DNA of 19,071 nt from assembly GCF_004376175.1 (NCBI RefSeq), contig NZ_SNUY01000053.1:10810-29880 (forward strand), given 5' to 3'. Positions 7,084 through 15,408 of the stretch are shown piece after piece (position 1 is the first letter of the stretch; the number at the start of each line of letters is the position of its first letter). The notes beneath the pieces are model-generated. The model had not been told where the DNA came from. It did no database searches and worked only from the letters and a program-made list of their open reading frames with translations. The translations under genes and the position numbers were made by a program. Origin of the DNA: Halalkalibacterium halodurans (GTDB taxonomy: Bacteria > Bacillota > Bacilli > Bacillales > Bacillaceae_D).

Positions 7084-7406
7084 CGCCTGCCTCCTTCTTT
7101 CTCTCCATCGTTCATCATTCGATAGTTTACCGTATGTACAGTATAAAGCATTCCGAGGAGCGCAAGTGGCAAGTAAGTAAGGATTAGTTCATAAGGTCGC
7201 CCTTCGCCACCACTTGTCAAGAAGATTGCAAGAAAAAGTGGAAAAAATACGACAAACATCGAGCCTTTGATTCTTGAACGAGGCTCAATATGATGACTAG
7301 CCCCACATTCTTGGCAAACAATTGGACGATATGAAAAAAACGCTGAAGCCCACCGCTGTTTTTGGCTAATTTTCTCCTGACACGATTCACACTGATTAAA
7401 CGCCAT
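7080..7406 (-). CDS. CXXC-about-20-CXXC putative zinc-finger membrane protein (TIGR04104-like)
   Basis: CESC and CQEC are separated by 21 residues, followed by two hydrophobic helices (FVVFFPLFLAIFL, LTYLPLALLGMLY). Start moved to Met39 of the ORF (ATG 7406-7404) with RBS AAGGAG 7 nt upstream. 108 aa. Confidence 0.7.
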   Translation of the reverse strand: MAFNQCESCQEKISQKQRWASAFFSYRPIVCQECGASHHIEPRSRIKGSMFVVFFPLFLAIFLTSGGEGRPYELILTYLPLALLGMLYTVHTVNYRMMNDGEKEGGRR

Positions 7407-7437
7407 CTGTCTCTCCTTCTTCCATTCATCCTTGCTT

Positions 7438-7466
7438 ATTGTAGCACGGAATTTGAAAATTGACGA
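7438..7466 (-). promoter_or_regulatory. Candidate sigma-A promoter for the zinc-finger/64-aa pair
   Basis: Minus strand: TCGTCA, 17 nt, TACAAT. It lies inside the rejected N-terminal ORF extension. Confidence 0.35.
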
Positions 7467-7538
7467 GATTGGAATCGATCTTTCACGACAATCTTCGAAT
7501 ATTTGTCCACTCAAAAACATTGAATGACAAAGCGCAAG

Positions 7539-7570
7539 AAAAAAGGTGACAATGTTTCGTCACCTTTTTT
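7539..7570. terminator. Bidirectional intrinsic terminator after ald
   Basis: aaaaaaGGTGACaatgtttcGTCACCtttttt. Confidence 0.75.
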
Positions 7571-7578
7571 CCGACACC

Positions 7579-8715
7579 TTATACATTTTCAACAGAAAGC
7601 CCGCTTAACGCGCTTTCCACAGATTGATAGTCATATCCTAAGTCTCGAGCTACTGCCTCATATGTTACCCATCCGTTCGCCGTATTGACCCCTTTGGCCA
7701 ATGCTGCATTTTCGGCAATTGCACGTTTAACACCTTTATTCGCAAGTTGCAATGCATATGGCACCGTCACATTGGTAAGTGCAATCGTCGATGTTCGCGG
7801 AACCGCCCCTGGCATGTTGGCTACAGCATAATGGACAACGCCATGCTTCGTATAGGTCGGTGCATCGTGTGTTGTAATCCGATCGACGGTCTCAACGATG
7901 CCCCCTTGGTCAATCGCCACATCCACGATGACAGAACCTGGCTTCATTTGTTCAACCATTTGTTCGGTTACAAGCTTCGGTGCTTTCGCTCCCGGAATGA
8001 GCACAGCCCCAATGACTAAATCTGACGCGGCTACTGCTTCGGCGATGTTCATCGGATTGGACATAAGCGTTTGAATGTCGGTTCCATATAAATCATCCAA
8101 TTGGCGCAAACGTTCAGGGCTCAGATCAACGATCGTTACATCTGCGCCAAGTCCCATTGCCACCTTTGCAGCATTGGTCCCAACGACACCTCCACCAATA
8201 ATCGTTACTTTCCCGCGGGTCACTCCTGGGACGCCAGAAAGAAGAATGCCTCGTCCGCCTTTTGGTTTTTCCAAAAATTGAGCACCAATTTGCGCTGCCA
8301 TCCGGCCAGCGACTTCACTCATTGGTGTTAAGAGCGGCAAGCTTCGGCCTACTTGAACGGTTTCGTAGGCAATCGCTGTCACTTCATTTTCCACAAGTGC
8401 CTTTGCTAACTCGGGCTCCGCTGCTAAATGTAAGTACGTAAATAAGAGTAAACCTTTTCTAAAGTAACCGTACTCTTGTGGTAGAGGCTCCTTCACTTTC
8501 ATGATCATATCCGCTTTTGCCCAAACAGATGCTGCATCGTTCTCAATTGTCGCCCCAGCTTCTCCATAGTCAATATCATCAAATCCACTTCCAGAACCGG
8601 CACCTCTTTCGATAAGCACTTGGTGGCCTGCTTGAACGAAGCTCATCACACTGGCAGGTGTCATTGCGACTCGATTCTCATTATTTTTGATCTCTTTCGG
8701 TACCCCGATGATCAT
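7579..8715 (-). CDS. ald: Alanine dehydrogenase
   Basis: 378 aa. N-terminus [23 protein letters not shown]-binding [12 protein letters not shown]. Full-length AlaDH architecture. RBS GGGGGAG. Confidence 0.95.
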   Translation of the reverse strand: MIIGVPKEIKNNENRVAMTPASVMSFVQAGHQVLIERGAGSGSGFDDIDYGEAGATIENDAASVWAKADMIMKVKEPLPQEYGYFRKGLLLFTYLHLAAEPELAKALVENEVTAIAYETVQVGRSLPLLTPMSEVAGRMAAQIGAQFLEKPKGGRGILLSGVPGVTRGKVTIIGGGVVGTNAAKVAMGLGADVTIVDLSPERLRQLDDLYGTDIQTLMSNPMNIAEAVAASDLVIGAVLIPGAKAPKLVTEQMVEQMKPGSVIVDVAIDQGGIVETVDRITTHDAPTYTKHGVVHYAVANMPGAVPRTSTIALTNVTVPYALQLANKGVKRAIAENAALAKGVNTANGWVTYEAVARDLGYDYQSVESALSGLSVENV

Positions 8716-8816
8716 TACATTCTCCCCCTTTTTTCTAAAAATCTCAATTTATTGTTAGTATACTCGCAATCTATACTGCTGGCTTTGTGCATCCGTCGAA
8801 ATTCTGATAAAGTCTA

Positions 8817-8835
8817 TTTGTGTTCCGGACACAAA
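8817..8835. promoter_or_regulatory. Palindrome upstream of ald; candidate regulator binding site
   Basis: TTTGTG-T-TCCGGA-CACAAA: outer 6-bp arms and an inner self-complementary hexamer. It lies about 100-120 nt upstream of the ald start. No good -35/-10 pair was found nearby. Confidence 0.3.
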
Positions 8836-8858
8836 CGAACAAGCATTCTTATGTTGAT

Positions 8859-8892
8859 AAAAAAAGAACACCTGCTCAAATCGAAGCAGATG
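8859..8892 (-). terminator. Intrinsic terminator of the 140-aa membrane protein gene
   Basis: Minus-strand RNA: CAUCUGCU-UCGAUUUG-AGCAGGUG (8 bp, one G-U) followed by UUCUUUUUUU. It starts immediately after the stop codon. Confidence 0.75.
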
Positions 8893-9315
8893 TTAAAAAT
8901 AGCGAAAGATTTTTAGCGCAAACATGGCGATAATGGCCACCATTAGGAACAAGCTATGCTTTTTCAAGTTTGTCACAAGCACTGCTCGTTCCTCACTTGA
9001 CTCTTGATTGTCCTTTAAGAGCCGAATCCCTTTTGCCGTCAATCCAAGCCATGCACCGATGGCAATCCATAACACGATGACCCCCCACACCCAAAGGCTT
9101 GTCCAATCAGCAACCATAAGTAAGCCGCTTACGACACTAACAACAAGGGCGCCATGGGCTACCAAAAGAATAGGCTGATAGATCGAGAGGAGCTTTTGAA
9201 AGCTCTCTTCTCTGTCTAGTAAGCTCCCTTTAATCAAATAAGGGAGTGGAATCAAGATGAAAAAGACGAGAGCTACCAACACATGTATACCGTAGCTAAT
9301 AATGTATGTCACCAC
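8893..9315 (-). CDS. Hypothetical integral membrane protein (about 4 TM)
   Basis: 140 aa with four hydrophobic segments. GTG start preceded by AGGTGAGGTG. Confidence 0.65.
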   Translation of the reverse strand: MVTYIISYGIHVLVALVFFILIPLPYLIKGSLLDREESFQKLLSIYQPILLVAHGALVVSVVSGLLMVADWTSLWVWGVIVLWIAIGAWLGLTAKGIRLLKDNQESSEERAVLVTNLKKHSLFLMVAIIAMFALKIFRYF

Positions 9316-9381
9316 TTACACCTCACCTGCTGCCGTTATCCAAACATACAGCTTTATCTTAAATGAAAACGACAGCACGGT

Positions 9382-10179
9382 CTATGATGAACCTTTATTT
9401 TTTACCGTTGGCTTTCTCGCCTTCATTAAAATCGATTCACCTCTAAAGGAGTACACTCTTCCATCCTCCACGACAATTTTGAACTTTTGATAATATTCGG
9501 TTGGCTTGCTTTTGATAAAGTCGGAAAGCTCCTGTTTCTTTTCTGTTGTAACGTTCATCCGGTCACACCAGTCTTCAAAGATGAACGTTTTATGAAAACA
9601 GTGGAGTTCTTCGAGTTCAAATCCGGCTTCTTCAAGCATTTTCAACCAATCTGACTTTTTCCAGGCGCGATGATGGCTATAATCTCGCTCTTTTTCTACA
9701 TAATTGTAGAAAACATCAAAGGCATCGTTTTCTGGAGCGCTGTTATCAACCAATAACAATTGTCCCCCTTTTTTTAACACGCGATAGGCTTCGCTAACAA
9801 AAGATGCAGGATTGGAAAAATGATGAGCCGCAATTCGACATGTAACGATATGAAATCGTTCATCAGTAAAAGGCATTTGTTCGGCATCACCTTGTACGTA
9901 CTCCACCTGTTGGTGACCGTTCCCCTCAATAAATGCTCGCGCTACTTTTAAAATATCTTCCGTTAAATCGAACGCAACGACCTTTTTTACAAACGGAGCG
10001 AACGCATTGGCCACATGCCCGCCGCCAGTTGCCACATCGAGAACCTCCTCGTTCCCTTTTAGCGCTGCGATTTGCATAAGCTTGGCCAAGTCGTTTCCTT
10101 TCGCATGGATCTGACTTGTCACGTAACGTTCCGCGCTTTTGCTGAATTGTGATTGCACTTTGGCTTTATGCTCCTCCAC
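9382..10179 (-). CDS. Class I SAM-dependent methyltransferase
   Basis: 265 aa. SAM motif I VLDVATGGGHVA. Motif post-I VVAFDL. GTG start with RBS AGGAGGAG 9 nt upstream. Confidence 0.85.
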   Translation of the reverse strand: MEEHKAKVQSQFSKSAERYVTSQIHAKGNDLAKLMQIAALKGNEEVLDVATGGGHVANAFAPFVKKVVAFDLTEDILKVARAFIEGNGHQQVEYVQGDAEQMPFTDERFHIVTCRIAAHHFSNPASFVSEAYRVLKKGGQLLLVDNSAPENDAFDVFYNYVEKERDYSHHRAWKKSDWLKMLEEAGFELEELHCFHKTFIFEDWCDRMNVTTEKKQELSDFIKSKPTEYYQKFKIVVEDGRVYSFRGESILMKARKPTVKNKGSS

Positions 10180-10351
10180 TCTTACAAGCTCCTCCTTTCG
10201 CTAAATCAAAACAACCATTGTAGAGGGCCTACAATTGTGTCATTTATCATGTTATCATGAAGTACTTGCAAATTTTGCCGAAATTACAGATAGCTGAATC
10301 TGTCTTTCGTTTATGGTACGATAGTCGAGAGAATAGTAGAGGTGAAATGTC

Positions 10352-10807
10352 ATGTCAACATGGTTTATGTGGTTTATCGTACTATGGACGATTGTGTTGA
10401 TCACATTAATGTTCATCGGTGGCTACTTTATGTTCCGCAAGTTTTTAAAGCGACTGCCAAAGGAAGACGGAAAATCGATACTGGATTGGCAGGACTATTA
10501 TATTGAAAAAACCCTTCATCTATGGGGAGACGAGGAAAAGGCTTTTCTAAATGAGCTCGTGGAACCTGTTCCCGAGCTGTTTCGGGATGTGGCAAAAGGG
10601 AAAATTGCTGGGAAAATTGGAGAGCTAGCCTTGGACGAAGACGCAAGCCGCATCGACACGGAGCTGATTATTCGCGGATACATTTTAGCCACTCCGAAAC
10701 GAGATCATAAATTTTTGCGAAAAAAATTAGCAGAACTGAACATCGATGTGTCTCCATATGAACCTTTATTTGAGCAACATAGCAAAAAGACAAGCGCTTC
10801 CAACTAG
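10352..10807 (+). CDS. yneK: DUF2621-type membrane-anchored protein, YneK-like
   Basis: 151 aa with N-terminal TM. RBS GAGGTG lies 7 nt upstream. It is convergent with ccdC, as yneK is with yneJ in B. subtilis. Family assignment rests on memory and synteny. Confidence 0.6.
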   Translation: MSTWFMWFIVLWTIVLITLMFIGGYFMFRKFLKRLPKEDGKSILDWQDYYIEKTLHLWGDEEKAFLNELVEPVPELFRDVAKGKIAGKIGELALDEDASRIDTELIIRGYILATPKRDHKFLRKKLAELNIDVSPYEPLFEQHSKKTSASN

Positions 10808-10826
10808 CGAAGTGCTTGTCTTTTTT
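10784..10826. terminator. Shared bidirectional terminator between the convergent yneK-like and ccdC genes
   Basis: aaaaAGACAAGCGCTTC-caactagc-GAAGTGCTTGTCTttttt: 13-bp stem with one G-U. It contains the yneK-like stop codon in its loop. Confidence 0.8.
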
Positions 10827-10827
10827 C

Positions 10828-11337
10828 CTACGTTTCTGCTGGAATGATCGCCTTGTTGCGATTTTCCTTTCTCATTTGCTTTTCTAACTTCTTATACGAT
10901 ACGTACATGGCGACTCTCCATGGAATGATCATCCCATATGCTAATAGAAAAAACATCCCCGCCAACTCTTCGAATTGAATAGAATCCCCGATGATCAATT
11001 TAAACGCAATTCTCAAAATCAATAAGCCAATTAGGATAAACACAAAGGCTTTTGATCGCTTTAAATAGATGTGATCCCCACGAATTTCGAATTTTGACGT
11101 TTTAATGAGGAACAAGGAAAATATCATACCAACGCAAAGCGCCTCTAACACTTGCCAGCTGGATGGACGGAACGGTGGGTAGACAAACATGAAAAACCCA
11201 GTTGACATAAAAAATGGTGGCAAGATAATTTTCTTAACCGTTGCTGGCCGTTTGGATGCTTTTAATCGGATAATCAGTACCATTGTCGCCATGAAAATGG
11301 CACCGATGGTAGACAGGAGCACATATGTGTCATTCAT
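10828..11337 (-). CDS. ccdC: Cytochrome c biogenesis protein CcdC (YneJ/DUF1453 family)
   Basis: Multi-pass membrane protein. Start moved to Met28 of the ORF (ATG 11337-11335) with RBS GGGGGGAG. 169 aa, close to the remembered size of B. subtilis CcdC (about 160 aa). Its position next to the yneK-like gene agrees. Confidence 0.7.
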   Translation of the reverse strand: MNDTYVLLSTIGAIFMATMVLIIRLKASKRPATVKKIILPPFFMSTGFFMFVYPPFRPSSWQVLEALCVGMIFSLFLIKTSKFEIRGDHIYLKRSKAFVFILIGLLILRIAFKLIIGDSIQFEELAGMFFLLAYGMIIPWRVAMYVSYKKLEKQMRKENRNKAIIPAET

Positions 11338-11380
11338 AGTAGCTCCCCCCTTTCTTCGTTCGGGAAGCATCTCATAGTTT

Positions 11381-11409
11381 ACCTTACAAGAAAGTCCATA
11401 TTCTTTCAA
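11381..11409 (-). promoter_or_regulatory. Candidate own promoter for ccdC
   Basis: Minus strand: TTGAAA, 17 nt, TAAGGT. It lies within the rejected N-terminal ORF extension. Confidence 0.35.
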
Positions 11410-11513
11410 TGGTCGCATAAGGAAAAACGTACTCTATTTGTCATTTTCCCAAAGAATATTCATGATCCTTTCCATTCTTTTAGACAATTCCTAAGTTTTG
11501 GTTGAGCTTTTAA

Positions 11514-11542
11514 TTGAGATCTAATCCGAGCCTCAGTATAAT
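11514..11542 (+). promoter_or_regulatory. Sigma-A promoter for the Spo0E-like small gene
   Basis: TTGAGA (11514-11519), 17 nt, TATAAT (11537-11542). It lies about 75 nt upstream of the ATG at 11621. Confidence 0.55.
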
Positions 11543-11620
11543 AATGTAAAGAATGTCACATTGATCGCAAGAGAGCACACAACCTCATTATAGCATGACC
11601 GCGGAAAGGGATCCTTATTA

Positions 11621-11776
11621 ATGATAGGTGAAAAACAATTACGCCGGTTAATTGAACAAAAGCGAAACCAGCTGATTCAAGCTGGTTTAAAAAACGGGCT
11701 AGGTCATTCGAAAACATTAGAAAAAAGCAAGGAGCTTGACAAACTTCTAAATGAGTATAATAAAGTCAAATCATAG
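11621..11776 (+). CDS. ynzD: Spo0E-family aspartyl-phosphate phosphatase-like small protein (YnzD-like), absent from the ORF track
   Basis: Hand translation gives MIGEKQLRRLIEQKRNQLIQAGLKNGLGHSKTLEKSKELDKLLNEYNKVKS (51 aa, stop TAG 11774-11776). The S-K-ELDKLLNEY tail matches the Spo0E-family SQELDxLI motif region. AAAGGG lies 10 nt upstream. Position and orientation match ynzD in B. subtilis. Confidence 0.7.
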   Translation: MIGEKQLRRLIEQKRNQLIQAGLKNGLGHSKTLEKSKELDKLLNEYNKVKS

Positions 11777-11781
11777 CACAC

Positions 11782-13581
11782 TTAGGACAGCAGTGCTTCT
11801 CCTTGTTCATCCCCTTTTTGCAAAACATACATTTTTTGATAAAGTCCCTTTTTGGCAATGAGTTCATCATGAGTTCCCCGCTCTACAATTTCTCCTTGGT
11901 GAAGAACGAGAATTTGATCTGCATCCTTTATCGTCGACAATCGGTGAGCGATCGCAATCGTCGTCCGTCCTTGTTTCATTCGCTCAAGTGCTTCTTGTAT
12001 TGCTTCTTCCGTCTCCGTATCCACACTTGCCGTTGCCTCGTCCAAAATAAGAATCGCCGGCTCACGGACCATGGTACGAGCAAAGGAGAGCAGTTGTAGT
12101 TGGCCACTTGAAAACGTTGCTCCCCGCTCCGTCACCTTTGTCTCATAACCATGAGACAGCCGCTCGATAAATCCATCCGCCCGAACAAACGAGGCAGCCC
12201 GCTTGATCCGATCATCGGAAATGGCTTGATCATACAAACGAATGTTGCTCGCAATCGTTCCTGTATAAAGAAACGGATCTTGCAAAACAAGCCCGACCTT
12301 AGCGCGCAACTCATTATTTTCAAAGGACGTGAGCGGTTTACCATCGATGAGAATTTCCCCATCCTGCAACGGATAAAATCGCATTAGCACATTGATGATC
12401 GATGTTTTTCCACTACCCGTATGGCCGACTAGGGCGACTGTCTCTCCTTTTTTCACCGTGAACGAAATGTTTTTTAAAACGTTTGTTTTCCCGTCATAGG
12501 AAAAGGAAACATTCCGGAATTCCACATTTCCTTCCCCTATGATCGCTGGATGTTCATTCCCCTCACGATCTGGAGCTAACTCCCGATGATCCATCAGTTT
12601 AAAGACGCGCCCCGCTGAGACAATCGCTTGCTGAAACATAGAAAGTCGCATCATCATTTGATTAACCGGCTCAAAAAAACGGTCTAAGTAATTGACGAAG
12701 GCGTAAACGACACCAATTTCAACCGCTGTGTCCATAGACATGATCCCAAAATAACTCAAAATCAACATAAGCGCCAAGATGGACAAGACATCAACCGCTG
12801 GACGTAACAATAAACCGTCCAGCTTCATGCTTTTCATTCCCGCTAAAAAATGCTCGTCGTTAATGGCGCTAAATTCTTTCCGCATCCGCCGTTCTTGGCG
12901 AAACATTTGAATGATAGCCATCCCTTGAATCGATTCGTTTATTCGTCCATTTAAGAGACTTAGTTTTTCGCTCATATCTGCATAAAACCGAGAACTATAT
13001 TTTCGGTACACTTGCATTAAAGCAAAAATGAGTGGTAAAAGAACAAGACAGTAAATGGCCAAGGTCACATTTAAATAAAACATGGCGGCAAAAATACCAA
13101 TTAAGAATATGATATTTTGCACAAACGTCGCTAAAACCGTCACATACAATTCTTTAATAGACTCCGTGTCATTCGTTATTCTGGAGACAAGCCCTCCTGC
13201 AGGTGTTTGGTCAAAAAAGGAAAGACCGAGCCGTTGCACGCTCGAGAACACGTCAATCCGCAGTCGCTGAACAATGGACAAGGCAACTTTTTGAAACAAA
13301 AATAGTTGATAATAATCGATGATGACAGCTGTCAAATGAAGGACAAGATAGCCAGCTCCAAGGAGAAAAAGGACGTCTGTTGGAAAATAGCGTGGCGTTA
13401 AATAATCATCGATAAAAATCTTAACGATGATCGGTCCGAGTAGCTGAGCACCTGTGGCAATAAACAGTAACAGAAAAGCGACCATGAGCTGTCCTTTATA
13501 ATGAGCCGCATACGACAGCAACCTTTTAAAGACAGTGCGCTGTTCTTTACTTGATAACACGCGATCTTTATGATCTATCAT
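11782..13581 (-). CDS. ABC exporter permease/ATPase, subunit 2 of a heterodimer (canonical Walker B, degenerate signature)
   Basis: 599 aa. Six-TM ABC_membrane domain plus NBD. Walker A GHTGSGKTS. Signature FSSGQLQ (12094-12114) instead of LSGGQ. Walker B ILILDEATASVD. H-loop IAHRLST. The start overlaps the upstream stop in ATGA. Confidence 0.9.
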   Translation of the reverse strand: MIDHKDRVLSSKEQRTVFKRLLSYAAHYKGQLMVAFLLLFIATGAQLLGPIIVKIFIDDYLTPRYFPTDVLFLLGAGYLVLHLTAVIIDYYQLFLFQKVALSIVQRLRIDVFSSVQRLGLSFFDQTPAGGLVSRITNDTESIKELYVTVLATFVQNIIFLIGIFAAMFYLNVTLAIYCLVLLPLIFALMQVYRKYSSRFYADMSEKLSLLNGRINESIQGMAIIQMFRQERRMRKEFSAINDEHFLAGMKSMKLDGLLLRPAVDVLSILALMLILSYFGIMSMDTAVEIGVVYAFVNYLDRFFEPVNQMMMRLSMFQQAIVSAGRVFKLMDHRELAPDREGNEHPAIIGEGNVEFRNVSFSYDGKTNVLKNISFTVKKGETVALVGHTGSGKTSIINVLMRFYPLQDGEILIDGKPLTSFENNELRAKVGLVLQDPFLYTGTIASNIRLYDQAISDDRIKRAASFVRADGFIERLSHGYETKVTERGATFSSGQLQLLSFARTMVREPAILILDEATASVDTETEEAIQEALERMKQGRTTIAIAHRLSTIKDADQILVLHQGEIVERGTHDELIAKKGLYQKMYVLQKGDEQGEALLS

Positions 13582-15335
13582 GACGAACGCCCTCCTTTCT
13601 CTACAAGGGTTTCGAGCTGCTGTCTTTCATACATGTTCCGGTACCAACCGCCAGCTTCCATTAACGTTTCATGCGTTCCTCGTTCAACGATACGCCCATC
13701 ATCCATTACAAGGATATGATCCGCATGTTTAATCGCGCTTAATCGGTGGGCGGTAATGATCGTCGTCTTCCCTTTTCGTTCTGCTCGTAACGATGATAAG
13801 ATCGCTTCCTCCGTTTTCGCATCGACTGCAGACAAAGAATCATCGAGGATGAGAATATTCGGGTTAGCAAGCAATGCACGGGCAATTGAAACGCGCTGTT
13901 TTTGTCCGCCGGAAAGGGTCACGCCTCGTTCGCCTACGACGGTATCATACCCTTGTTCAAATTGTATGATATCGTCATGAATATGGGCTAATTGGCTCAC
14001 TTGGATGATTTCTGAAATCGTGGCATCCGGCTTGGCAAACGCAATGTTATCCGCAATCGTAGCAGAAAAGAGAAAATGGTCTTGCGGCTCGGTCCCAAAG
14101 GCAGCCTTTAGCGCGTCCAGTGTATAGTGTTCGATGGGTCGACCGTCAAGGATAATCGTCCCTTGCTTTATGTCATACTCTCGCTGTAGTAAACGGAGAA
14201 GGGTCGTTTTCCCAGCTCCTGTTTTCCCTACGATTCCTAACGTTTCTCCCTCACTCAATTCAAACTGAACGTCAGCTAAAGCCGGCTCCTTTTGATTCGG
14301 ATAAACAAATTGATCGATCGCAACGTCTACGTGTCCTGTCGGCGGAACATGAATGCGGGCCCGGCTGTCGGTAATCTCTTGCTTTGCTTGCAAAAGCTGT
14401 GACACGCGATTATAGGAGGCACGGCCACGTTCGACAATATTGAATAAAAATCCGAAAGCAAGCATTGGCCAAATAAGCAAGCCTAAGTAAATCGTAAAGC
14501 TCGTTAATTGTCCGATCGTTAACTGTTCAGCAATAACGAACCTGGCGCCGAAAACGATCGCGAGAAAATAGGAAAGACCTACGATCAATGAGATGGTCGG
14601 GTCAAAAAGAGCATCCACTCGAGCCACAGCTACATTTTTCTTCACCACATCATCTGATTGTTTGCGAAACGCCTCAATGTCTTGTTCCTCTTGTCCAAAT
14701 GCTTTTGTTACCCGAACCCCTGTCACACTTTCTTGCACCTTATCATTTAATGAGGAAAACGCCGCTTGGGCATGGTGAAAGCGCTTATGTAATAACGATC
14801 CATAATAACTTGTAAGAAGCGCCATAAGAGGCATCGGGAGCAAGCTAATCAAGGTAAGCTCCCAGCTAATCGTAATCGCCATTGTAAGGATCACGAATCC
14901 ACCCATCGTTAGCGAGTCGACTAGAGTGAGTACCCCTTGCCCCGCCGTTGCTTGAATTGCACGAATATCATTGGTGGCATGGGCCATTAAGTCTCCTGTC
15001 CGATGCTTTTGATAAAAGGGAGCGGCCATGTTCGTAAAATGGGTATACAATTGATTACGAAGAAGCCGAGCCAAACGGAGAGAAGCGCCAAAAATCATGA
15101 CCCGCCAAAGGTAGCGTGCGACATAAACAATGAGCGCAAGCGCCGCCAAAACCCCAATCCATTGGAGCAACACTGGCATCGTTAATGTCCCCTCATAAAT
15201 ATGATCAACAATGATTCCAACGACACGCGGCGGGACGAGTGTTAATAAAGAAACAATCGCGAGCATGACAATACCAAACCCGTAAGACTTTTTCTCCTGT
15301 TTAAAAAACCACCATAAATCAACGAAAACTTTCAC
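13578..15335 (-). CDS. ABC exporter permease/ATPase, subunit 1 of a heterodimer (Asp replaces the catalytic Glu)
   Basis: 585 aa. Walker A GKTGAGKTT. Canonical signature LSGGQKQR. Walker B ILILDDSLSAVD, with GAT (Asp) at 13839-13841 where the catalytic Glu normally sits. H-loop TAHRLSA. GTG start with RBS GGTGGAG. Confidence 0.9.
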   Translation of the reverse strand: MKVFVDLWWFFKQEKKSYGFGIVMLAIVSLLTLVPPRVVGIIVDHIYEGTLTMPVLLQWIGVLAALALIVYVARYLWRVMIFGASLRLARLLRNQLYTHFTNMAAPFYQKHRTGDLMAHATNDIRAIQATAGQGVLTLVDSLTMGGFVILTMAITISWELTLISLLPMPLMALLTSYYGSLLHKRFHHAQAAFSSLNDKVQESVTGVRVTKAFGQEEQDIEAFRKQSDDVVKKNVAVARVDALFDPTISLIVGLSYFLAIVFGARFVIAEQLTIGQLTSFTIYLGLLIWPMLAFGFLFNIVERGRASYNRVSQLLQAKQEITDSRARIHVPPTGHVDVAIDQFVYPNQKEPALADVQFELSEGETLGIVGKTGAGKTTLLRLLQREYDIKQGTIILDGRPIEHYTLDALKAAFGTEPQDHFLFSATIADNIAFAKPDATISEIIQVSQLAHIHDDIIQFEQGYDTVVGERGVTLSGGQKQRVSIARALLANPNILILDDSLSAVDAKTEEAILSSLRAERKGKTTIITAHRLSAIKHADHILVMDDGRIVERGTHETLMEAGGWYRNMYERQQLETLVEKGGRSS

Positions 15336-15375
15336 CAGTTCTCCACCCCCAGATTTGACAAACCTTCTATAGACG

Positions 15376-15403
15376 AAAAAACACCCCAGTCTAGAGGTGT
15401 TTT
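15376..15403 (-). terminator. Intrinsic terminator after yneF
   Basis: Minus-strand RNA: AAAACACC-UCUAGACUGG-GGUGUUUU followed by UU. It lies only about 40 nt upstream of the ABC exporter start. Confidence 0.55.
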
Positions 15404-15408
15404 GAGTT

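Noticed and set aside
8780-8792. Sigma-54-like TGGC...GCAT (TGGCTTTGTGCAT) upstream of ald
   Set aside because: The GG-to-GC spacing is 3 nt too short for the -24/-12 consensus, and the motif is on the strand opposite to ald.
5788-8916. Track ORFs 5788-5991, 5954-6211, 6225-6482, 6730-6981, 7217-7429, 7747-8019, 8075-8281, 8101-8331 and 8620-8916
   Set aside because: They are antisense or alternative-frame shadows of the small-gene cluster and ald. No RBS is present. 6730-6981 spans an intergenic promoter region and the antisense of the 64-aa gene.
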